This document shows, in pieces, positions 19,457-27,964 of a DNA stretch of 35,677 nucleotides. Each line of letters opens with the position of its first letter. Position 1 is the first letter of the stretch. The stretch spans positions 1 to 35,677 of the forward strand of contig CALVQO010000003.1 of the NCBI GenBank assembly GCA_944358145.1, read 5' to 3'. Source of the stretch: an uncultured Bacilli bacterium. Its GTDB lineage: Bacteria; Bacillota_I; Bacilli_A; RF39; UBA660. A program made the position numbers and the translations under genes. The notes beneath the pieces were generated by a model. It had not been told where the DNA came from, ran no database searches, and was given only the letters and a program-made list of their open reading frames with translations.

Positions 19457-19666
19457 AATTACCTCCTAATTATTATTATAAAATAATTTAATTAGAAGTC
19501 AATGAATGATAAAGAAAAAGAATGAGAAAGAAAGAAATTACCGAAAAAATTTAATGTCAATTAGTTTACATTCATTTTTAAAAGAATTTAAAAGGACTTT
19601 AAAAATTTATAATCAAAGTTTATTGACAATAGCACCCATTTTGTGTAAATTAAAAATGGTGATAGT

Positions 19667-20149
19667 ATGGTTTTAATAAAAATAATCGCGGCGATAGGAA
19701 AAAATAATGAATTAGGAAAAGATAATGATTTAATTTGGCACTTTAAAGAAGATTTAAAATTTTTCAAAGAAGAAACAACAGGACACAAAATAATAATGGG
19801 ATATAAAACATTTAAATCCTTGCCCAAATTACTCCCAAATCGTACTCATCTTGTATTAACCCATCACAAAATAGAAAATAATGAAGTAATTGTATTCTCT
19901 TGTTTAGAAGAATTATTAAATTATTTAAACGAGCTAAATGAAACAGTTTATGTTATTGGTGGTTCTTCAATTTATCAGCTATTTATTGATAAAGCAAATG
20001 AATTAATATTAACTGAAATTGATGACACAAGAGAAGCTGATACTTATTTTCCAAGATTTGATCCAAAAGATTATAGTGCAGAATTAATAGGTGAGTATAG
20101 CGAAAAAGATATTAATTATAAACGAATTAGATATAAGAGGAGGTCATAA
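19667..20149 (+). CDS. folA: Dihydrofolate reductase
   Basis: LGKDNDLIWH..EDLKFFK, IMGYKTF, LPNR, IGG and DTYFP motifs. Confidence 0.95.
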   Translation: MVLIKIIAAIGKNNELGKDNDLIWHFKEDLKFFKEETTGHKIIMGYKTFKSLPKLLPNRTHLVLTHHKIENNEVIVFSCLEELLNYLNELNETVYVIGGSSIYQLFIDKANELILTEIDDTREADTYFPRFDPKDYSAELIGEYSEKDINYKRIRYKRRS

Positions 20150-20151
20150 TT

Positions 20152-20844
20152 TTGAAAGGTAAAATTATAGTAATTGAAGGAACTGACTGTTCAGGAAAAG
20201 AAACACAAAGTAAATTATTAGTTGAAAAATTAAGGGCAAGTGGGGAAAAAGTAGCAACCATGTCATTTCCTGTTTATGACTCTCCAACCGGTAGAATTAT
20301 TGGTGCCTGTCTTTTAGGTAAACCAGATATGTGTGAAAAATATTTAAAAGAAAACCATGGATTTTTCCAAGAAGGTGGAGGAGAAGTAGACAGTTTAGCA
20401 GCCTTATGTTACTATGCTGCAGATAGACGTTACAACTTACCAACAATAAAAAAATATCTTGATGAAGGATACACATTAATTTTAGATCGTTATGTAACCA
20501 GTAATCTTGCTCACCGAGGTGGGATGCTTGATACGAAAGAAGAGCGCTTAAAAATGTATCAAAAAATAGATACACTAGAATATGACTTAATGGAACTACC
20601 AAGACCTGATCAAGTAATATTACTTTATATGCCATTTGAATATGCTTATGAATTAAAGCAAAATAGAAAAGAGAAGTTAGACGAAGCAGAAAGAGATGAA
20701 AAATATTTAAAAAGAGGAGAAAATGCTTATTTAGAACTTGCAGAGCTTTATGGTTATGATATTGTAAATTGCGTAAAAGAAAAGAAAATAAGATCAATAG
20801 AAGAAATATCAGAAGACGTTTACAAGTTAGTAAGAAAAAAATAG
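20152..20844 (+). CDS. tmk: Thymidylate kinase
   Basis: IEGTDCSGKETQ, YAADR, LDRY and LPRPD motifs; TTG start after GAGGAGG. Confidence 0.92.
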   Translation: MKGKIIVIEGTDCSGKETQSKLLVEKLRASGEKVATMSFPVYDSPTGRIIGACLLGKPDMCEKYLKENHGFFQEGGGEVDSLAALCYYAADRRYNLPTIKKYLDEGYTLILDRYVTSNLAHRGGMLDTKEERLKMYQKIDTLEYDLMELPRPDQVILLYMPFEYAYELKQNRKEKLDEAERDEKYLKRGENAYLELAELYGYDIVNCVKEKKIRSIEEISEDVYKLVRKK

Positions 20845-20854
20845 TGGAATCAAT

Positions 20855-20962
20855 ATGAATTTAAGAAAAATGACAAGATTATACCAAAGTACAAGAAAAG
20901 ATGAAAGAGCCTATTTGCAAAAACGATTACTTCAATTAGAAGAAACGCCAAAAAGAAGTTAA
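20855..20962 (+). CDS. Possible 35-aa small protein
   Basis: MNLRKMTRLYQSTRKDERAYLQKRLLQLEETPKRS* fills the gap between tmk and its terminator; RBS is weak. Confidence 0.3.
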   Translation: MNLRKMTRLYQSTRKDERAYLQKRLLQLEETPKRS

Positions 20963-20987
20963 ATTTTAATAAATAACTTCTTTTTTT
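20950..20987 (+). terminator. Intrinsic terminator of folA-tmk
   Basis: AAAAAGAAGTTA...TAACTTCTTTTTTT. Confidence 0.7.
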
Positions 20988-21021
20988 CATATATTAAAGT
21001 GTAAAGTAAAAGTAAGATTTA

Positions 21022-21049
21022 TTGACAATTAATCAATAGATGATATACT
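21022..21049 (+). promoter_or_regulatory. Sigma-A promoter of the PLP enzyme-dapF-GNAT-murE operon
   Basis: TTGACA (21022-21027), 16-nt spacer, TGaTATACT; only about 30 nt to the ATG; AGGAGG RBS. Confidence 0.7.
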
Positions 21050-21081
21050 AAAACTAGATAATTGTTTGTTTAGGAGGTTAT

Positions 21082-22260
21082 ATGAAAAATTTTACAAACT
21101 ATAAAGAATATGATAAGAAGGAGAACTTAAAAATTGGTTCAAAAGTAGTTCATGGTGCAGTAGGACATGATCCTTTTACTGGTTCAGTTAGTTTTCCAAT
21201 ATTTCAAACAGCAACTTTTAGATTTAGAGCCTTAGAAGATTCATTTGGTTATGATTATACAAGACTTCAAAATCCAACAGTTGAAGAACTAGAACGTACT
21301 CTAGCCATGCTTGAAAATGGTACTCATGCTCTAGCTCTATCTAGTGGTATGGCCGCTGTAATGTGTGCATTTTCACTGTTAAAAAGAGGTGATCATTTAA
21401 TATCAAGTGATGATATCTACGGAGGAACTTATGAAATTGCTAAAACAGAATTAAAAGAAAGAGGAGTAGAAACAAGCTTTGTTGATTTAAGTGATTTTGA
21501 ATTATTTAAGGAAAGTATCAAAGAGAATACAAAGATGATTTTTATTGAAAGTCCAACAAATCCCACGATGAAAGTAGCAGATATCGCGGAAATTTGCAAA
21601 ATTGCGAAAGAAAAAGGAATTATTGTTGTCGTAGATAATACACTACTTACACCATATTATCAAAAGCCACTTAATTTAGGTGCTGATATTGTCATTCATA
21701 GTGGAACAAAATATTTAGAAGGACACAATGATACCATGGCTGGTTTTGTCATAACCAATAAAGAAGAATACTTTACTCCAATGCGTGCCTTTTTAACTTA
21801 TCAAGGAGCATGTTTAGCCCCATTAAATGCTTGGTTAACCCTAAGAGGAATTAAAACATTAGAAGTACGTATGCAAAGACACAATGAAAATGCTCTAAAA
21901 GTAGCAGAGTTCTTACAAAACCATCCAAAGGTTACCAAAGTATATTATACCGGTCTAAAAGATCATAAAGATTATGCAACAACGATGAAGCAATCAACCG
22001 GTTTTGGTGGATTATTATCTTTTGAAGTAGACACAAAAGAAACAGCACTAAAAGTATTAGAAAAAGTAAACATGATTATTTTTGCTGGTTCTCTAGGTGG
22101 TGTGGAAAGCTTAATTTGTTATCCAGTTGTTGTAACCCATCATGAAGTACCAGAAGAAGAAAGATTAAAATTAGGAATTAATGATCGTTTACTTAGATTA
22201 TCTGTTGGTATTGAAGATGCCGAAGATATTATTAATGATTTAGCCCAAGCATTAGAATAG
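21082..22260 (+). CDS. Cys/Met-metabolism PLP enzyme (cystathionine gamma-synthase/lyase family)
   Basis: PIFQTATF, YDYTRLQNPT, SSGMAA, ESPTNP, VDNT, HSGTKYLEGH (PLP lysine), SLGGVESL and RLSVGIED motifs. Confidence 0.93.
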   Translation: MKNFTNYKEYDKKENLKIGSKVVHGAVGHDPFTGSVSFPIFQTATFRFRALEDSFGYDYTRLQNPTVEELERTLAMLENGTHALALSSGMAAVMCAFSLLKRGDHLISSDDIYGGTYEIAKTELKERGVETSFVDLSDFELFKESIKENTKMIFIESPTNPTMKVADIAEICKIAKEKGIIVVVDNTLLTPYYQKPLNLGADIVIHSGTKYLEGHNDTMAGFVITNKEEYFTPMRAFLTYQGACLAPLNAWLTLRGIKTLEVRMQRHNENALKVAEFLQNHPKVTKVYYTGLKDHKDYATTMKQSTGFGGLLSFEVDTKETALKVLEKVNMIIFAGSLGGVESLICYPVVVTHHEVPEEERLKLGINDRLLRLSVGIEDAEDIINDLAQALE

Positions 22261-22270
22261 GAGAGATTTT

Positions 22271-23128
22271 ATGAGATTTACAAAAATGCAAGCATACGGA
22301 AATGACTATGTATACATTGATGCCATAAATCAAAAGTTAGATAATTTAAATGAACTAGCTAAATTTGTATCTAATCGTCATTTTGGTATTGGTAGTGATG
22401 GTATGGTACTAATTTGTCCTAGTGATGTAGCAGATTTTAAAATGCGTATTTTTAATCCTGATGGAACGGAAGCTGAAATGTGTGGAAATGCAATTCGTAG
22501 TGTCGGAAAATATGTATATGATCATAAATTAACCGATAAAACAACATTAAAAATTGAAACTTTAGGTGGAATTAAAACGCTTGATTTAACAGTAGAAAAT
22601 GGTGTAGTAACTAATATTCGTGCCAATATTTCTAAACCAATTTTTGATGCTAAATTAGTACCAGTTAACACAGATAAAGAAAAATTTATTATGGAAAGTG
22701 TTAAAATATTAGATCAAACATTTAAATTAAGTAGTCTTTCATGGGGAAACCCTCACACAGTTTTATTTGTAGATGATGTCATGAATTTCGATGTTGCAAA
22801 ATATGGCCCAGCCATTGAAAATAATAGAGAAGTATTTCCAAACAGAACCAATGTAACCTTTGCTGAAGTAGTAAACAAAAACTACATTAAAATAAGAGAA
22901 TGGGAAAGAGGTACTGGTGAGACTATTGGTTGTGGAACTGGATGTTCTACTGCCGTAGTAATAGCATCTACCCTAGGACTTACCGATAGAAAGTGTGAAG
23001 TTGAACAAATTGGTGGTATTTTAGAAATAGAATATGCAGATAATGGTGAATTATACATGAAGGGTCCAAGTCATTTTGTATTTGAAAGTGAAATTGATGT
23101 TTCTCATATAATAGAAAAAACAAAATGA
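22271..23128 (+). CDS. dapF: Diaminopimelate epimerase family protein
   Basis: GNDY, FNPDGTEAEMCGNAIR, GNPH, TNV and WERGTGETIGCGTG; both catalytic cysteines present. Confidence 0.93.
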   Translation: MRFTKMQAYGNDYVYIDAINQKLDNLNELAKFVSNRHFGIGSDGMVLICPSDVADFKMRIFNPDGTEAEMCGNAIRSVGKYVYDHKLTDKTTLKIETLGGIKTLDLTVENGVVTNIRANISKPIFDAKLVPVNTDKEKFIMESVKILDQTFKLSSLSWGNPHTVLFVDDVMNFDVAKYGPAIENNREVFPNRTNVTFAEVVNKNYIKIREWERGTGETIGCGTGCSTAVVIASTLGLTDRKCEVEQIGGILEIEYADNGELYMKGPSHFVFESEIDVSHIIEKTK

Positions 23129-24067
23129 ATTTTATCACTTTAACAAAAGAAAATTTTAATCAATATGCTAATCAAATTGTTGATTTATGTAACGAAGCAG
23201 TTAAATTTAATGAAAACAATGATAAAAAAGGACAATTTTATACAACAACATTTAAAGAACTATTAGAAGAACAAATAAGAAAGAATGAATTTCAGGAAAA
23301 TAATCCAATTAGAAGATATATAACTGATCGTTTATATGAAGAATACAAAAAAATAGGAAAAGTAGAAGATTATACCAAAACAGCGTTTTATGCTCTAGCT
23401 GATATTAACAAAGAAAAGCTAATAAGACTAGCAAGAGACAAAAATCAAGATAAAGACTTAACGGAAAAGATAAAGATTTATGAACTATTTTTACAAGCCC
23501 AAAGTCCAGTTTTTATTTCTTTACCAACAATAAACATCGAAAAATATTTTGAATCTAATATAGATAATGCCATGGAAATAAATACTTACATTGTAAATCC
23601 AACTTATCGTGGTAATGGTCTAGCCAAAATATTACTATATGAAACATTAAAAAGGAAGATGGAAGATTATTTTTTACATACTGACAATGATATTTTATAT
23701 TTAAATACAACTATCCACAATGATAACATTAATTCTCAAAAAATTATTAGTATAATTAAAATGGAAGATTATTTATATATTGAACGAACTAAAGGAATTA
23801 ATAGAAGAGTATATTTTAAAAAAGTATGTAGAGATAATTATCAAGATTTATTACACGAAATGGAAATAGAGTTTAATAGACTACAATTATTATTCCCACA
23901 TATTTGGTATAGATTTAGAACAATTAAGAGAAATAATCAAATTAAAAATAAATGAGTACAATAATGGGTTACAAACTGCTAGAAGCATACAAGAAAAAGA
24001 AACTAAAGAAGCAAAATTAAATAGTTTATTAAAAACTGAATTATTAATAAGAAAAAGGAGTAAATAA
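23125..24067 (+). CDS. GNAT-family acetyltransferase, probably with a +1 frameshift near 23872 (as sequenced it stops at 23955)
   Basis: Motif A IVNPTYRGNGLAK and motif B TIHNDNINSQK; ATGA overlap with dapF. The +1 frame LIDYNYYSHIFG...LIRKRSK* runs to 24067, 3 nt before murE. Confidence 0.65.
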
Positions 24068-24070
24068 AAA

Positions 24071-25534
24071 ATGAAAAAATTAAAAGATATTTTAGAAGGA
24101 ATCAATTATTATGTATTAAAAGGAACTATTGATTTAGAAATTAATGATATTAAGTATGATAGCAGAAAAGTTAAAAATCAAGATATATATGTAGCTTTAA
24201 TAGGATATAACAGTGATGGTCATGACTATATTATAGATGCCATAAAAAATGGTGCTAAAGTAATCATAACTTCTAAAATGATAAATGTTGAAGAAGAAGT
24301 AACAGTAATAAAAGTAGATGATACGAGATTAGCTCTAGCTTATTTATCAGCTAATTATTTTGATCATCCAGCATCAAAACTAACGGTTATTGGTGTTACA
24401 GGCACAACAGGTAAAACAACAACGACCCATATGATTAGAGAGATGTTATTAAAAGTAGGAATAAATTGTGGATTAATTGGAAGCATCGGGGTAAAGTATG
24501 AAGATAAAATTATACACACAGACAATACTACACCTGAATCATATGAAGTACATAAATTTTTTAAAGAAATGTTAGATCATGGTATTACTCATGTTGTCAT
24601 GGAAGCATCAAGTCAAGCCTTTAAACTTAATCGTCTAGCTGGCATAATTTTTGATATTGGTGTACTTACTAATGTTACAACCGATCATATAGGACCGGGA
24701 GAACATGAATCACATGAAGAGTATGTAGCATGTAAAAATAAATTATTTTTAAACAGTAAATTAGTAATTAGCAATAGTGATTCTCTTTATTTAAAAGAAG
24801 TATTAAAAGGGGTAGAAGTACCAATAATAACTTATGGCGTAAAAAATGAAGCAGATTTAAAAGTTACTAACATCAATTTAATTAATGAAGCTAATTTTTT
24901 AGGTTCAGAGTTTATTACAGAAGGTTTAATTAATGATACATTTAAAACTTGTATTCCTGGAGAATTTAATGTCTACAATTCCTTATGTTCGCTATTAGTT
25001 TGTGAAGAGTTAGGAATAGATATCAAGAAATCTAAAGAAGCTCTACAAACACTAAAAGTTAGAGGACGTATGGAAATAGCACTAGTAACCCCAAAATATA
25101 AAGTATTAATTGATTATGCTCATACTGAAGATGGCATGAAAGGGCTAGTTAAAACTTTACGTGCTTACAAGCCTAAAAGATTAGTAAGTGTATTTGGTGG
25201 TGGAGGAAATCGTCCAAAAGAAAGAAGATATAGTCTTGGTGAAATTATAGGAGGAGCTAGTGATTTTTGTATTATTACCGAAGATAATCCAAGATTTGAA
25301 GAGTTAAGTAGTATTAATGAAGATATTAAAGTAGGATTAGATAAAGTAGGAGCTAAATATATTGAAATTCCTGATCGTGCTGATGCCATTAAATATGCTT
25401 GTGATAATGCTTTAGAAGGAGATTTAATTCTTTTAGTTGGTAAAGGTCATGAAGAATATCAAGATATAAAAGGTGTAAAACACTATTTTAGTGAACTTGA
25501 TGTAATTAATGAAATAAAAAAAGATTTAAAATAA
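24071..25534 (+). CDS. murE: UDP-MurNAc-L-Ala-D-Glu:diamino acid ligase, DAP-type
   Basis: YDSRKV, GTTGKTTT, TTPE, MEASS, DYAHT, DNPR and GKGHE motifs. Confidence 0.95.
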   Translation: MKKLKDILEGINYYVLKGTIDLEINDIKYDSRKVKNQDIYVALIGYNSDGHDYIIDAIKNGAKVIITSKMINVEEEVTVIKVDDTRLALAYLSANYFDHPASKLTVIGVTGTTGKTTTTHMIREMLLKVGINCGLIGSIGVKYEDKIIHTDNTTPESYEVHKFFKEMLDHGITHVVMEASSQAFKLNRLAGIIFDIGVLTNVTTDHIGPGEHESHEEYVACKNKLFLNSKLVISNSDSLYLKEVLKGVEVPIITYGVKNEADLKVTNINLINEANFLGSEFITEGLINDTFKTCIPGEFNVYNSLCSLLVCEELGIDIKKSKEALQTLKVRGRMEIALVTPKYKVLIDYAHTEDGMKGLVKTLRAYKPKRLVSVFGGGGNRPKERRYSLGEIIGGASDFCIITEDNPRFEELSSINEDIKVGLDKVGAKYIEIPDRADAIKYACDNALEGDLILLVGKGHEEYQDIKGVKHYFSELDVINEIKKDLK

Positions 25535-25589
25535 TCTTCTTTTTTTATTAAAAAAATGGTAAAATAATAAAAGGAAAAGAGTGATAATT

Positions 25590-26159
25590 ATGGAAGAAAA
25601 AATTATAGGAAAAATAGCAATTAGTAATAGACATTTACATCTAACAAAGGAAGTTTATGATCAACTTTTTGATGAACCAATAAGTATAAAAAGACCATTA
25701 AATCAAATCGGGGAGTTTGCTTCTTTTCAAACAGTAACCTTAAAAACAGAAAAAGCAGAAATCCCAAATGTAAGACTAATTGGTCCCTTAAGAGCATATA
25801 ATCAAGTAGAAATATCTAGGTCAGATGCTTATCTTTTAGGTTTAAATCCTCCAGTTCGTCAAAGTGGAGACTTAGAAGATAGTGAGACCATTACCGTTGT
25901 TGGGCCTAAAGGAGAAGTAACCTTAAAAGATGCTTGCATTCAAGCCGAAAGACATGTTCACATGAATGAGCAAAAAGCCGAAGAACTAGGATTAAAACAC
26001 GAAGACATGGTTAAGCTAATTGTTGATAATGACAAAGGTGGAGTAATGGAAGCTTTTGTTAAAGTTAGTAGTAATGGTTTCTTTGAAATTCATATTGATA
26101 AAGATGATGCCAATTGTTTTTTACTAAAAACTGGTGATGAGGTAGTAATTGAAAAATAG
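25590..26159 (+). CDS. pduL: PduL-type phosphate acyltransferase
   Basis: ISNRHLHL, LNQIGEFA, QVEISRSDA, PPVRQSGDL, RHVHM and HIDKDDAN motifs. Confidence 0.9.
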   Translation: MEEKIIGKIAISNRHLHLTKEVYDQLFDEPISIKRPLNQIGEFASFQTVTLKTEKAEIPNVRLIGPLRAYNQVEISRSDAYLLGLNPPVRQSGDLEDSETITVVGPKGEVTLKDACIQAERHVHMNEQKAEELGLKHEDMVKLIVDNDKGGVMEAFVKVSSNGFFEIHIDKDDANCFLLKTGDEVVIEK

Positions 26160-27144
26160 CTTTTTCATCAAAGATATAAAGATACCAACTAGACTAGTGT
26201 TAGCTCCTATGGCTGGAATATCTAACACATCTTATCGTAAAATTGTAAAAAAAATGGGAGCAGGCTTAATTTATGCTGAAATGGTTAGTTCCAATGCCTT
26301 AATGTATGGAAATAATAAGACGATGGAATTATTAAAAATGAGTGATGAAGAACGACCTATAGCTCAACAAATATTTGGAAGTGATGTGGATACATTTGTT
26401 GCATCTGCCAAAATAGTAGAAGAAAAAATGCATCCAGATATTATTGACATCAATATGGGTTGTCCTGTACCCAAAGTTGCTCTAAGAGCTCAAGCGGGAA
26501 GTGCTCTATTAAAAAATCCGGAAAAAATAAGAGAAATAGTTAGAGCTGTTGTAAATGCGGTAAAAGTACCAGTTACAGTAAAAATTAGAAGTGGTTGGGA
26601 TGAAGAACACATTAATGCTCCACTAGTTGCTAAAGTTTGTGAGAGTGCAGGAGCAAGTGCTATAGCTATTCATGCTAGAACAAGGCATCAAGGCTACAGT
26701 GGACATGCTAACTGGGATATAATCAAGCAAGTTAAAGAAAGTGTATCAATACCAGTAATAGGTAATGGTGATGTAAAAAGCCCAATTGATGCCAAAAATA
26801 TGCTTGAATATACAGGCTGTGATGCCATCATGATTGGTAGAGCAGCTATAGGAAATCCTTGGATATTTAAAGAATGTCTAGAATACATAGAAAATGGTGT
26901 GCTAATCCCAAAACCAACAGACATAGAAAAAATAGAAATGATAAAATATCATTACCATTTATTAAAAGAAGATAAAAACGAAAAATTAGCTCTATTAGAA
27001 ATAAGAACACATGCTCTAGCATATATAAAAGGAATGAAAAAAAGTAAAGAATACAAAGATTTAATTTGTAAAACAAAAACAGAAAAAGAATTTCTAAATG
27101 TTTTAAATGAATATGAAGAGTTTTTAAAAAATACGGCAGGATAA
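26149..27144 (+). CDS. dusB: tRNA-dihydrouridine synthase B
   Basis: LAPMAG, DINMGCP, VTVKIR, HART, GNGDV and MIGRAA motifs. Confidence 0.95.
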   Translation: MKNSFFIKDIKIPTRLVLAPMAGISNTSYRKIVKKMGAGLIYAEMVSSNALMYGNNKTMELLKMSDEERPIAQQIFGSDVDTFVASAKIVEEKMHPDIIDINMGCPVPKVALRAQAGSALLKNPEKIREIVRAVVNAVKVPVTVKIRSGWDEEHINAPLVAKVCESAGASAIAIHARTRHQGYSGHANWDIIKQVKESVSIPVIGNGDVKSPIDAKNMLEYTGCDAIMIGRAAIGNPWIFKECLEYIENGVLIPKPTDIEKIEMIKYHYHLLKEDKNEKLALLEIRTHALAYIKGMKKSKEYKDLICKTKTEKEFLNVLNEYEEFLKNTAG

Positions 27145-27156
27145 TATCCTGTTTTT
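27136..27156 (+). terminator. Putative intrinsic terminator after dusB
   Basis: CAGGATA-A-TATCCTG followed by TTTTT. Confidence 0.55.
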
Positions 27157-27277
27157 AATTTACATAAATTTTGCTAGATAAAGTCGTAAAGATTAAAAAT
27201 TGTGCCCATCTAACTTAACGGTTATTTACAAATTATATATGGTATGTTATACAGGGACTAGATGGAGGAATTTTCTC

Positions 27278-27923
27278 ATGAATGAAGAAGCATATTATAA
27301 AGAAATAGAACACTTAATAAAAAGAAATGAAATAAATAAACGAGTAAGAAAATTAGAAGAAAATCAGACACTAGTAACAACATATTGGGAAATAGGAAAG
27401 ATTTTAGTAGAAGCCCAAGGAGGTTCTTCACGTGCCAAGTATGGTAATGAACTAATTAAAAAATGGTCTAAAAAACTTACTGAACTTTATGGTAAAGGAT
27501 ATGATGCAACTAATTTATCTAGATTTAGAAAATTTTATTTATGTTTTCCAATACTTGGGCCAGTGGCCCAAATATCTTGGTCAATTATTTATACCTTACT
27601 TCCAATTAAAGATGAGAATAAGCGCAACTATTATATTAATCGATGTATTAAAGATGATTTATCAATTAGAGATCTTCGTAGAGAAATAAAATCAAATTCA
27701 TATGAAAGATTAATTAATAAGCCTGATAAAATAGATATCATTGTTCCAGAAAAGTATTCTATTACTACAGATATGAAAAATCCAATTATCATTGAAGTAA
27801 ATAAAGAAATTAAATCAGAGAAAGATTTAGAATTAAGTATTTTATCTAATCTATCATATTTTTTTAAACAATTGGGAGAAGGTTTTGTCTTTTAATATAA
27901 AATTAAATTGTTATTTTGTAGAA
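27278..27923 (+). pseudogene. YhcG/DUF1016-family protein with truncated nuclease domain
   Basis: ATG 27278 after GGAGG; YWEIG, AKYG..LIKKWS..L...YGKGY, ISWS and YER motifs. Stops at QLGEGFVF*, and a remnant FNIKLNCYFV follows in the next frame. Confidence 0.8.
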
Positions 27924-27964
27924 AGTGAAAATATAATTCCTTTAAATTATAAAATAAAAAATGT

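Noticed and set aside
21082-23128. Ordinary methionine plus lysine biosynthesis operon
   Set aside because: No metA/metE/dapA/dapB/lysA neighbours and no riboswitch, while the genes are coupled to murE. Disfavoured, but not excluded without the whole genome.
27206-27265. CCATCTA/TAGATGG inverted repeat that could occlude the yhcG RBS
   Set aside because: Only 7 bp, and the 5' arm probably lies upstream of the local promoter.
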